Shown piece after piece: positions 8,937-17,279 of a DNA stretch of 64,000 nucleotides. The translations under genes and the position numbers were made by a program. Source of the DNA: Rhodospirillaceae bacterium (GTDB taxonomy: Bacteria; Pseudomonadota; Alphaproteobacteria; Reyranellales; JAQSWP01); NCBI GenBank assembly GCA_040255215.1, contig JBDZUM010000003.1, positions 8,673 through 72,672 on the forward strand, in the 5' to 3' direction. The notes under the pieces are model-generated. The model was not told the origin of the DNA, searched no databases, and saw only the letters and a program-made list of their open reading frames with translations. Each line of letters starts with the position of its first letter. Position 1 is the first letter of the stretch.

Positions 8937-9473
8937 ATGGACTGGTACACCTCCTGCTCCTACGAGCCCGATCGAAAGCGTCGCTTCCATACCGTCGCCC
9001 GGGCGCGGCTTCGTTGCCTCGCCGCGGAACTCGGCTTTTCGCCCGCATCGTTCGATCTGCGCTCGAACCAGGGCGGGATCGCCGTGTCCGGCGAGATCAC
9101 GCTCCATCATGAGCGCGTCTATGTGCAGGTCTGCCAGCCGGCGACCCGTGCCGACACCGGCATCCTCATCCGCAGTTGCGAAGGCCGGCGCGACTATACG
9201 GGCGGATGCAACAACTTCGCGCCGCTGCGGCTCCTTGATGACATTCCGGCGCTCGCCGAGCGGGTCCGCGCGGTGATCGCGGCCAACGGCGGCCGCGCCC
9301 ACGCAGCATGTGAGGGGGAGGACAATCGGGACGGGCGAGCCGGGTCGGGCCGAGAGAGAGCCCGCCGGCCGTCCCGCAACCCGCATCAGGAGGTCAATCA
9401 TGACCGACACCACATCGGCCCCCACTGTCAATCCGGACTGGGAATCCTGGCAGGCTCAGGCGGGAGAACGTGA
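8937..9473 (+). CDS. Conserved ICE-backbone hypothetical protein
   Basis: Good codon bias and a Shine-Dalgarno sequence AGGAGA. The 3' end runs through class-1 copy C and overlaps the next gene by 74 nt, so the true stop or extent is uncertain. Confidence 0.5.
   Translation: MDWYTSCSYEPDRKRRFHTVARARLRCLAAELGFSPASFDLRSNQGGIAVSGEITLHHERVYVQVCQPATRADTGILIRSCEGRRDYTGGCNNFAPLRLLDDIPALAERVRAVIAANGGRAHAACEGEDNRDGRAGSGRERARRPSRNPHQEVNHDRHHIGPHCQSGLGILAGSGGRT
9311..9399 (+). repeat. Class-1 conserved structured leader, copy C
   Basis: tgaggggGAggacaatcGGGACGGgcgagccgggtcgggccGAGAGAGAGcccgccggCCGTCCCgcaacccgcatcAGGAGGtcaatcATG. Outer stem 9328-9334 / 9369-9375. Confidence 0.55.
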
Positions 9474-9876
9474 CCGGCTCGCCAAGGAGGTGCTTCCCGC
9501 CAACAAGGCCGCCCTCTTCGACGTGCTCGCCGCTGCCGGCATCGTCACTGTCACCGTCCGCTTCGACGGCTATGGCGATTCCGGCCAGATCGAGGATATC
9601 GAGGCCTGCGCGACCGATACCATCGTCGAACTTCCTCCCGACCGGATCGAGATCACCGAGCCGCTTTACGACGGCTCGGGACTGGAGCGATCCACCCCGT
9701 CGGTCCGCGACGTGATCGAGAAGTTCGCCTACGACTTCCTTGAGGAAACCCATGGCGGCTGGGAGAACAACGAAGGCGCCTATGGCGATTTCACCTTCGA
9801 CGTCGAGAGCCGGACCATCACGCTCGAATACAACGAGCGGATGATGACGTCCGAATACTCCCAGCACGCATTCTGA
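9400..9876 (+). CDS. Conserved ICE-backbone hypothetical protein (possibly a DUF6878-type family; unverified)
   Basis: MTDTTSAPTVNPDWESWQAQAGERDRLAKEVLPANKAALFDVL...VRFDGYGDSGQIEDIEA. Strong AGGAGG Shine-Dalgarno sequence. Confidence 0.65.
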   Translation: MTDTTSAPTVNPDWESWQAQAGERDRLAKEVLPANKAALFDVLAAAGIVTVTVRFDGYGDSGQIEDIEACATDTIVELPPDRIEITEPLYDGSGLERSTPSVRDVIEKFAYDFLEETHGGWENNEGAYGDFTFDVESRTITLEYNERMMTSEYSQHAF

Positions 9877-9886
9877 GGAGGCGACG

Positions 9887-10249
9887 ATGGGACATTGCTA
9901 TCATCACGCCCTCTCCTCGGTGAACAAATGGGGCGGCACGGCGGACGACTATCTGCCGCTCCATCAATGGTTCGACGAGTCGAAGGCGATCACGGCCGAT
10001 TTTCGTCACCGGGCGCTGCGCCACCACGCAGAAGGCATCTTCATGCTGGAGCGCTTCTTCGGACCGACGATCACGATCTCCTCGGGCCGCGTCGTGCCGG
10101 TCCGCCTGATCGGCGAGCAGCATGTGCGCGAGGATCTCGGTTTCATCCCGAGCTTCGCCGACTGGGTCCGCTGCATTCGGCCAGAACCCTGGATGGGCCG
10201 CGCCCAGCCGATCCACCGCGACGTCGATCCCTTCGCGGCTACCGCCTGA
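9887..10249 (+). CDS. Conserved ICE-backbone hypothetical protein
   Basis: MGHCYHHALSSVNKWGGTADDYLPLHQWFDESK... Coding-like composition, 10 nt after the previous stop. Confidence 0.6.
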   Translation: MGHCYHHALSSVNKWGGTADDYLPLHQWFDESKAITADFRHRALRHHAEGIFMLERFFGPTITISSGRVVPVRLIGEQHVREDLGFIPSFADWVRCIRPEPWMGRAQPIHRDVDPFAATA

Positions 10250-10274
10250 CGTCCACCCCCTCATCATCCTCTTC

Positions 10275-10304
10275 GAAGAGCCCGGCCATCGCGCCGGGCT
10301 CTTC
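10275..10304 (+). repeat. Class-2 intercistronic hairpin, copy G
   Basis: Perfect 12-bp stem GAAGAGCCCGGC-catcgc-GCCGGGCTCTTC, then GCATCTCAGGAGACCTCTC-ATG (10324). Confidence 0.6.
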
Positions 10305-10323
10305 GCATCTCAGGAGACCTCTC

Positions 10324-11088
10324 ATGGCCGACTATCATTCACCGACCGTGGTGCAGCCGACGATTCCCGATCGCGACATGACGCCGCTCGAACGCCTGCT
10401 GCTCTCGCACATCCTCGATTGCGAGCCGGACGGCGACGGGTTCTATTTCTACAGCGAAACCGGCCCGAGCGACGGCATCGAGCTGCCGCTCGACGAACTC
10501 CGCACGGCGCTCGCGGCATCCGACGGCGTTCCGAGTACCGCCCATGACTACGTCATCGAGCGGCTGGGCCCCGCCGGCCCGGACGATACGCATTTCGAGA
10601 TCGACCTTAGCGGAACGTCGTGGGAGTTCATCCTCCAGGACATCGTCCGCCGGTCGCGGACCCTCGATCACATCACCGTCGTCTCGGCGTTCACCTGCAC
10701 CAAGATGCGCCCCGACGGTTTCGGAGGGATGGCGGTGCTGATCAGCGCCGACGCCATCAAGGGCAAATCTACCCACGATATCCTGGAAGACTTTCTCGCC
10801 GAAGGCGCCGAAGACGATCCGATGCGCTCTGTCGCTTGCGGCGCAAGATCGCATGTGCTGTTGGCGCTCGATGAACCGTCGGTAAAGCAAGAGGTCCGAG
10901 TGGTCATCGAAAGCGATCCCGCGTTCGCGGCCTTGGCACCGGAGGCGGTGACGGACGCCGATATCCGCTCAGCCTGTATCGCGGTCGCCGAACATGCCGA
11001 CCTGGCGGAGGAACAGGGCGCCGCCCGCTTCCGCGCCGCCCTCCGCGCCATTCGCGAGGCCGAGCGGCGATGCGCGCAGATCAACTGA
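10324..11088 (+). CDS. Conserved ICE-backbone hypothetical protein
   Basis: MADYHSPTVVQPTIPDRDMTPLERLLLSHILDCEPDGDGFYFYSETGP... Start chosen at the ATG following the hairpin and Shine-Dalgarno sequence. The upstream part of ORF 9895 is overlap noise. Confidence 0.6.
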   Translation: MADYHSPTVVQPTIPDRDMTPLERLLLSHILDCEPDGDGFYFYSETGPSDGIELPLDELRTALAASDGVPSTAHDYVIERLGPAGPDDTHFEIDLSGTSWEFILQDIVRRSRTLDHITVVSAFTCTKMRPDGFGGMAVLISADAIKGKSTHDILEDFLAEGAEDDPMRSVACGARSHVLLALDEPSVKQEVRVVIESDPAFAALAPEAVTDADIRSACIAVAEHADLAEEQGAARFRAALRAIREAERRCAQIN

Positions 11089-11114
11089 CTCTCCCACATC
11101 CGATCTCGCACAGA

Positions 11115-11138
11115 GAGCCCGGCCATCGCGCCGGGCCT
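11115..11138 (+). repeat. Class-2 intercistronic hairpin, copy H
   Basis: GCCCGGC-catcgc-GCCGGGC (11117-11136), then cTTCGCcgtTCAGGAGgCttgca-ATG (11160). Confidence 0.55.
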
Positions 11139-11159
11139 TCGCCGTTCAGGAGGCTTGCA

Positions 11160-11405
11160 ATGAGTATCCCCGACCACGCCCGCACCAACTTCCAGACCCT
11201 TCTACGCGCCGCGGCGGCCGGCGACCTGGCCCTTGTCGAATGCGCCGACGCGGCCACCGGCGATCCGCGCTACGTCATCTGCGCGGTTGGTCGCGACAAC
11301 GGCGATTACGTGCTGACGCCCTTCGGCCATCTGGCGCCGGCTAGCCCTTACGACGCCTACATCCCGCCAACCGATGATGCGGCGCCGCTCCCCGGGTCCG
11401 GTTGA
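11160..11405 (+). CDS. Small conserved ICE-backbone hypothetical protein
   Basis: MSIPDHARTNFQTLLRAAAAGDLALVECADAATGDPRYVICAVGRDNGDYVLTPFGHL. Confidence 0.55.
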   Translation: MSIPDHARTNFQTLLRAAAAGDLALVECADAATGDPRYVICAVGRDNGDYVLTPFGHLAPASPYDAYIPPTDDAAPLPGSG

Positions 11406-11410
11406 AAGGA

Positions 11411-11501
11411 AGAGGGGGCCGGGACGGGGTTGAGCCGGCCGGGCTCCAGAGAGAGAGCGGCCTGCCGGTCTCGCCCCTCCCGCTCTCCTGGACCTCCGCC
11501 C
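11411..11501 (+). repeat. Class-1 conserved structured leader, copy D (degenerate)
   Basis: agaGGGGGccGGGACGGGgttgagccggccgggctccAGAGAGAGAGcggcctgccggtctcGCCCCtcccgctctcctggacctccgcccATG. Confidence 0.45.
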
Positions 11502-14500
11502 ATGCACCCGACCACCGTATCCGCGGCCGTTACCACGGCCGCGCCTCGTACCCGCGCTATCACCGAGCCGGACACGGCGACCTGCCTGATCCGCGCCGCC
11601 AATCTCCTTCTCCCGGATATTGAACACGGCCACGCCGTCGATTCACGGCAGTTGCGCACCGCCATGGAACATGCTTTCGGCGGCGCCGACGCCGAAGGCG
11701 CCTGGGCGTGGAAACATGCCTATGACGCCTGCGAGGCCGCGCAGGTGCTCTTCCTGCGCAAGTTCGGCCCGGCCATCCGGGCGCGCGCCGCGACACCGGC
11801 TGCCCAGCTCGCCATGCTCGGCAAGGTCGCCGCTCTTCTGCCGTCGCAGACGCGCCGTTCCGAGGAGAGCCAGGCACTTCAGCAGTTCTCGACGCCGATC
11901 ACCCTCGGCTTCGCCGCCAGCATCGCCGGCGCGATCGACCCTGCCGATCTCGTGCTGGAGCCTTCGGCCGGGACGGGCCTGCTCGCGATCTTCGCCGAGC
12001 TGGCCGGGACATCGCTCGTCCTCAACGAGCTGGGCGAGACCCGTGCGGGGCTGCTCGCTTCTCTCTTTCCCGGCGCGGCCGTCTGCCGCCATGACGCGGC
12101 GCATATTCACGATCATCTCGACGCCGAAGTCCGGCCGAGCGTCGTGCTGATGAACCCGCCGTTCTCGGTGGCAGCGCATGTGGACGGCAAGGTTGCCGAC
12201 GCCGCCCTGCGCCATATCGCCTCCGCGTTGGCGCGCCTCGCCGAAGGCGGCCGCCTGGTCGCGATCACCGGCGCCAACCTCTCCTCCGACAATCCCGCCT
12301 GGCGCGATAGCTTCGTGCGGCTCCAGGAGCGGGGCCGTGTCGTGTTCTCGGCTGCGATCGACGGCCGCGTCTATGCCCGTCACGGCACCAGCGTCGAGAC
12401 ACGCCTGACGGTCATCGACCGCGTCCCCGCCGATGATCCGACGGCGTTCCCACCTTCGCTGGGCACCGCACCTGACGCCGCCACGCTTCTCGACTGGGTA
12501 ATCCGTCACGTCGTGCCGCGTGCCGCCACGGCGGCTTCCCCGGCGATACAGGCCGCGACGCCCGGAGGGCGCCTGGCATCCGCGCGTTCGGCGCCGCGCG
12601 TGGCTCCACCCCAGAACATCGGACCCGTCCCGGAAGACGCCGTCGACGTCGCCTATGAGCCTTGCGACTGGGCGCCTGCCGACGACGGACGTATCAGCGA
12701 GGCACTCTATGAGGGCTATACCCTCCAGTCGATCCGCATCCCGAATGCCAAGCCGCATCCGACGCGGCTGGTGCAATCGGCGGCCATGGCGTCGGTGGCG
12801 CCGCCCAAGCCGAGCTACCGCCCGCATCTGCCGGCGGCCGTTATCGCCGATGGCCTGCTGTCGGACGCCCAGCTCGAGAGCGTCATCTATGCCGGCGAGG
12901 CCCATGCCGGCTTCCTCGCCGGGTCGTGGACCGTCGACGAGACCTTTGACATCGTCGCGGCGGCGCCCGACGACGCCGAGGCGGCCGTCCGCTTCCGCCG
13001 CGGCTGGATGCTCGGTGACGGCACCGGCGCCGGCAAGGGCCGCCAGGTCGCGGGCGTGCTGCTCGACAACTGGCTGCAAGGTCGCTGTCGCGCGGTCTGG
13101 GTGTCGAAGTCGGACAAGCTGATCGAGGACGCCCAACGCGACTGGTCGGCGCTGGGGCAGGAGCGGCTGCTGATCACGCCGCTCGCCCGCTTCCGCCAGG
13201 GCACGCCGATCCGCCTGGAGCAGGGCATCCTCTTCACCACCTATGCGACGCTGCGCTCGGATGCGCGGGAGGCGAAGGCCTCGCGCGTTCAGCAGATCGT
13301 CGATTGGTTGGGCCGCGACTTCGATGGCGTCATCGTCTTCGACGAGAGCCACGCCATGCAGAATGCCGCGGGTGGGAAGGGCGAGCGTGGCGATCAGGCG
13401 CCCTCCCAGCAAGGCCGTGCTGGCCTCCGCCTGCAGCATGCGTTACCCAACGCCCGCGTCCTTTATGTGTCGGCGACCGGCGCCACCACGGTCCACAACC
13501 TCGCTTATGCGCAGCGGCTCGGCCTGTGGGGCGGCGAGGACTTCCCGTTCGCCACCCGCGCCGAGTTCGTCCAGGCGATCGAGGCCGGCGGCGTCGCGGC
13601 AATGGAAGTCCTGGCCCGCGACCTGAAGGCGCTCGGCCTCTATGCGGCTCGCTCTCTTTCCTACGAAGGCGTCGAATACGAGCTGGTCGAGCACGCGCTC
13701 AGCCCGGAGCAGATCCGCATCTACGACGCCTATGCCGGCGCCTTCCAGATCATCCACAACAATCTGACCGCGGCGCTGGAGGCCGCGAACGTCACGGGCG
13801 AGGGCGGCACCCTGAACGCCCAGGCGAAGTCGGCTGCGCGCTCCGCGTTCGAAAGCTCGAAGCAACGCTTCTTCAACCACCTCATCACGGCGATGAAGAC
13901 GCCGACGCTGATCGCCGCCGTCCATCGCGACCTCGACGCGGGCCACGCCGCTGTCATCCAGATCGTCTCGACCGGCGAGGCGCTGATGGAGCGGCGTCTG
14001 GCCGAGGTTCCGACCGAGGAATGGGGCGACGTGCAAGTCGACATCACGCCCCGCGAATATGTCCTCGACTATCTGGCGCATTCCTTCCCGACGCAGCTCT
14101 ACGAGCCCTTCACCGACAGCGAGGGCAATCTTTCCTCTCGCCCGGTGTTCCGCGACGGCCAGCCGGTGCAATGCCGCGACGCCATCGAACGGCGCCACCG
14201 CCTGATCGAGAAGCTCGCCGCGCTGCCGCCGGTGCAAGGCGCGCTCGACCAGATCGTCCAGCGCTTCGGCACCGACATGGTCGCCGAGGTCACCGGCCGC
14301 TCGCGGCGCATCGTGCGTGTCAGAGGTAATGACGGGAGTGATCGTCTGCGCGTCGAGAGCCGGGCCGGTTCGGCCAACCTTGCCGAGACGCAAGCCTTCA
14401 TGGACGACGAGAAGCGCATCCTCGTGTTCAGCGACGCCGGCGGCACCGGCCGCAGCTACCATGCCGATCTCGGCGCAAGGAACCGCCGCCTGCGCGTCCA

Positions 14501-15854
14501 CTACCTGCTCGAAGCTGGCTGGAAGGCGGATACTGCGATCCAGGGCCTCGGGCGCTCCAACCGCACCAACCAGGCGCAGCCGCCGCTGTTCCGGCCGATC
14601 GCCACCGACGTGAAGGCGGAAAAGCGCTTCCTCTCGACGATCGCGCGCCGCCTCGACACCCTGGGCGCCATCACCAAGGGCCAGCGCCAGACCGGCGGGC
14701 AGGGGCTGTTCCGCGCTGACGACAACCTCGAATCCGTCTATGGCCGCGCCGCGCTGCGCCAGCTCTACGTCCTGCTCTATTCCGGCAAGGTCGACGGCTG
14801 TTCACTGCAGGCGTTCGAGGACGCCACCGGCCTCAAGCTGACGGACGGCGACGGCAGTCTGCGCGAGGAGCTGCCGCCGATCACCACCTTTCTCAACCGC
14901 CTGCTGGCGCTCACCATCGACCTCCAGAACGTCTTGTTCAGCGTGTTCGAGGAATTGCTGCGCGCGAAGATCGAGGGCGCCGTCGCCTCCGGCACTTACG
15001 ATCTCGGCGTCGAGACGGTCACGGCGGAATCGCTGCGCATCACCGACCGCCGCACCATCTACGTCCATCCGGGCAGCGGCGCCGAGACGCAGGTCTTCAC
15101 CGTGGCCCGCCGCGATCGCAACCGGCCGTTCAGCCTCGCCGAGGCCCTGGACCGCGCTGGCGATCCCCGCGCAACCCTCCTGGTCAACGGCCAGTCGGGC
15201 CGCGCCGCCGTCCAGGTCCCCGCACCCAGCCTGATGCTCGATGACGGCGAGGTCGAGCGCCGCGTCCGTCTCCTGCGGCCGATGGAGCGCCCCGCCATCC
15301 CCTTGGCCGCGATGGCGCAGACCCATTGGCGCGAAGCCGACCGCGACGCGTTCGCCGCCGCCTGGGAGGCCGAGATCGCCGATCTGGCCGAGTTCACCGA
15401 CAGCCGGATCCATATCGTCACCGGTCTGCTGCTGCCGATCTGGAAGCGCCTTCCCGACGAAGGCTGTCGCGTCTACCGGCTTCAGACCGACGAGGGCGAG
15501 CGGGTGATCGGCCGTCTCGTCTCGCCGGCCTGGGTCGCGCAGGCGGTCGCGACCGACAAACCGACGATCAGCCCCACCGACGCGTGGACTGCCGTGCTCG
15601 ACGGCCGGACCGTGCTGGAGCTCGCCGACGGCCTCCAGCTTCGGCGCGCCAAGGTCATGGGCGCGTTCCGCGTCGAGCTCTCCGGCTTCACCGACGGCAT
15701 GGTCGACCGGCTGAAGGCGATGGGGCTCACCTCAGAGATCATTGCCTGGAAGCTCCGGCTGTTCGTCCCCACCGGCGCGACCGGCCCCGCAATCCTCGGC
15801 ACGCTGATGGAGCGCCATCCGCTCATGCGCGTCGCCGACCGCGGCGCGGCGTGA
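11502..15854 (+). CDS. Strawberry-notch family protein: N-terminal amino-methyltransferase fused to a DExH helicase-like core
   Basis: MTase motif I VLEPSAGTGLLA and motif IV VLMNPPFS. P-loop GDGTGAGKGRQ. DExH motif VIVFDESH. About 1450 aa. Start set at ATG 11502, after class-1 copy D. Confidence 0.85.
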   Translation: MHPTTVSAAVTTAAPRTRAITEPDTATCLIRAANLLLPDIEHGHAVDSRQLRTAMEHAFGGADAEGAWAWKHAYDACEAAQVLFLRKFGPAIRARAATPAAQLAMLGKVAALLPSQTRRSEESQALQQFSTPITLGFAASIAGAIDPADLVLEPSAGTGLLAIFAELAGTSLVLNELGETRAGLLASLFPGAAVCRHDAAHIHDHLDAEVRPSVVLMNPPFSVAAHVDGKVADAALRHIASALARLAEGGRLVAITGANLSSDNPAWRDSFVRLQERGRVVFSAAIDGRVYARHGTSVETRLTVIDRVPADDPTAFPPSLGTAPDAATLLDWVIRHVVPRAATAASPAIQAATPGGRLASARSAPRVAPPQNIGPVPEDAVDVAYEPCDWAPADDGRISEALYEGYTLQSIRIPNAKPHPTRLVQSAAMASVAPPKPSYRPHLPAAVIADGLLSDAQLESVIYAGEAHAGFLAGSWTVDETFDIVAAAPDDAEAAVRFRRGWMLGDGTGAGKGRQVAGVLLDNWLQGRCRAVWVSKSDKLIEDAQRDWSALGQERLLITPLARFRQGTPIRLEQGILFTTYATLRSDAREAKASRVQQIVDWLGRDFDGVIVFDESHAMQNAAGGKGERGDQAPSQQGRAGLRLQHALPNARVLYVSATGATTVHNLAYAQRLGLWGGEDFPFATRAEFVQAIEAGGVAAMEVLARDLKALGLYAARSLSYEGVEYELVEHALSPEQIRIYDAYAGAFQIIHNNLTAALEAANVTGEGGTLNAQAKSAARSAFESSKQRFFNHLITAMKTPTLIAAVHRDLDAGHAAVIQIVSTGEALMERRLAEVPTEEWGDVQVDITPREYVLDYLAHSFPTQLYEPFTDSEGNLSSRPVFRDGQPVQCRDAIERRHRLIEKLAALPPVQGALDQIVQRFGTDMVAEVTGRSRRIVRVRGNDGSDRLRVESRAGSANLAETQAFMDDEKRILVFSDAGGTGRSYHADLGARNRRLRVHYLLEAGWKADTAIQGLGRSNRTNQAQPPLFRPIATDVKAEKRFLSTIARRLDTLGAITKGQRQTGGQGLFRADDNLESVYGRAALRQLYVLLYSGKVDGCSLQAFEDATGLKLTDGDGSLREELPPITTFLNRLLALTIDLQNVLFSVFEELLRAKIEGAVASGTYDLGVETVTAESLRITDRRTIYVHPGSGAETQVFTVARRDRNRPFSLAEALDRAGDPRATLLVNGQSGRAAVQVPAPSLMLDDGEVERRVRLLRPMERPAIPLAAMAQTHWREADRDAFAAAWEAEIADLAEFTDSRIHIVTGLLLPIWKRLPDEGCRVYRLQTDEGERVIGRLVSPAWVAQAVATDKPTISPTDAWTAVLDGRTVLELADGLQLRRAKVMGAFRVELSGFTDGMVDRLKAMGLTSEIIAWKLRLFVPTGATGPAILGTLMERHPLMRVADRGAA

Positions 15855-15866
15855 GGGGAGGCGATC

Positions 15867-16919
15867 ATGTCCAGCACCATGTCCAGCCAAGCCACCGAGC
15901 TGGCGCGGCGTCTCGCGCGCGATGCCGAAGTCGTCTGCCGCCACTATCTTCCCAACGGTCGCCGCCACGGCCGCTACTGGCTGGTGGGCGATGTTCGGAA
16001 CACCCCCGGCCGCAGCCTCTATGTCCGTCTCACGGGACCGGACTCCGGCCCCGGCGCCGCCGGCAAATGGACCGACGCCGCCACCGGCGAGCACGGCGAT
16101 CTCCTCGACCTGATCGCCCTCAACCGCGGGCTCGACGCCTTCCGCGACGTGCTCGACGACGCGCGCCGCTTCCTCTGCCTGCCGCGTTCCGAGCCTGCGC
16201 ATCCGACCCGCGAACCGCCGCTGCCGGCCGGATCGCCCGAGGCGGCCCGCCGTCTGTTTCGCGCTGGCCGGCCCGTCGCCGGCACCCAGGCCGAAGCCTA
16301 TTTCCGCGCGCGCGGCATCACAGCACGGCTCGATTGGCCATCGCTGCGCTTCCATCCGGCGCTCTGGTACCGGTCGGACCGCGATGCTGCCCGCGAATCC
16401 TGGCCGGGGCTGCTCGCCGCCGTGACCGACGCGGACGGCCGGATCACCGGCGTCCATCGCACCTGGCTCGACCGGCAGCGTCCCGAGAAGGCCCCGCTCG
16501 CCGATCCGCGCCGTGCGCTCGGCCAACTGCTGGGCAACGGCGTGCGCTTCGGCCGCGTGGCCGACGTGCTCGCCGCCGGCGAGGGCATCGAGACCATGCT
16601 CGCCCTCAAATCGGTGCTGCCCGACCTGCCGATGATCGCCGCGCTCTCGGCCAACCATCTCGCCGCCCTCGATCTCGTCCCGATGCTCGCCCGGCTCTAT
16701 GTCGCACTGGACCGCGATGCCGCCGGCCGAATGGCGGCGGAACGGCTGCATGCGCGCGGATGCGACGCCGGCATCGAGATCCGCGACCTTATGCCGGCCA
16801 GGAGCGATTTCAACGTCGATCTGCGGCGCCTCGGCCCGGATGCCATGCTCACCCGGCTGGCGGACCAGCTCGCTCCGGCCGATGCCCTGCGGTTCCTGCG
16901 CCGTCTCGACGCCGCCTGA
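15867..16919 (+). CDS. Toprim-domain protein (primase-like, ICE backbone)
   Basis: Toprim signatures AAGEGIETMLAL and YVALDRDAAG. Confidence 0.75.
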   Translation: MSSTMSSQATELARRLARDAEVVCRHYLPNGRRHGRYWLVGDVRNTPGRSLYVRLTGPDSGPGAAGKWTDAATGEHGDLLDLIALNRGLDAFRDVLDDARRFLCLPRSEPAHPTREPPLPAGSPEAARRLFRAGRPVAGTQAEAYFRARGITARLDWPSLRFHPALWYRSDRDAARESWPGLLAAVTDADGRITGVHRTWLDRQRPEKAPLADPRRALGQLLGNGVRFGRVADVLAAGEGIETMLALKSVLPDLPMIAALSANHLAALDLVPMLARLYVALDRDAAGRMAAERLHARGCDAGIEIRDLMPARSDFNVDLRRLGPDAMLTRLADQLAPADALRFLRRLDAA

Positions 16920-16967
16920 CCGGAAGGCCGAGCACGGCATCTCTCGCGGTTCGGTGTCGGACCGGAA

Positions 16968-17219
16968 GGGGACGGGGGAGCCGTGCGGCGGATCTTCCGG
17001 GCCGGTCAGGGGGCCGCGCCTGCGGCCTTCCCGAGCGGCGATCTGCCAGGGCCGGTCCCGGTCCGGCAATGGCGTCCGGCGGCTATTTTCCGCCGCCGGG
17101 CGGGAAGACCGCCCGGCTTTGCATCGCGAAACAAAATAGCCGCCTCCCGCCATCCTCCGCATGCGCTCCGGCCCCTTGCCGGCAGGCCGGCGGCGGGGTG
17201 CGGGCCCGGCTCCGTCCCC
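16968..17219 (+). other. About 250-nt highly structured GC-rich intergenic element (expanded class-1 variant)
   Basis: Closing stem GGGGACGG..AGCCG (16968-16983) / CGGCTCCGTCCCC (17207-17219). Perfect 12-bp stem GGCGGCTATTTT (17078-17089) / AAAATAGCCGCC (17133-17144) encloses the hairpin CCGGGCGG-gaaga-CCGCCCGG (17096-17116). Confidence 0.55.
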
Positions 17220-17279
17220 GGCGGGCGATCGCCGTGAAGGCCGCGATGGGCGCGGCCAGACCGGCAACAGGAGCCCGCC

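Noticed and set aside
3781-11460. GAGAGAGAG runs considered as microsatellites or CRISPR-like repeats
   Set aside because: The runs are single 9-10 nt purine tracts, each embedded at the same position of a larger conserved hairpin. There is no regular repeat-spacer array and no cas genes.
11643-14501. 598-aa and 352-aa minus-strand ORFs antisense to strawberry notch
   Set aside because: Same reasoning. The sense frame carries MTase, P-loop and DExH motifs in the correct order.
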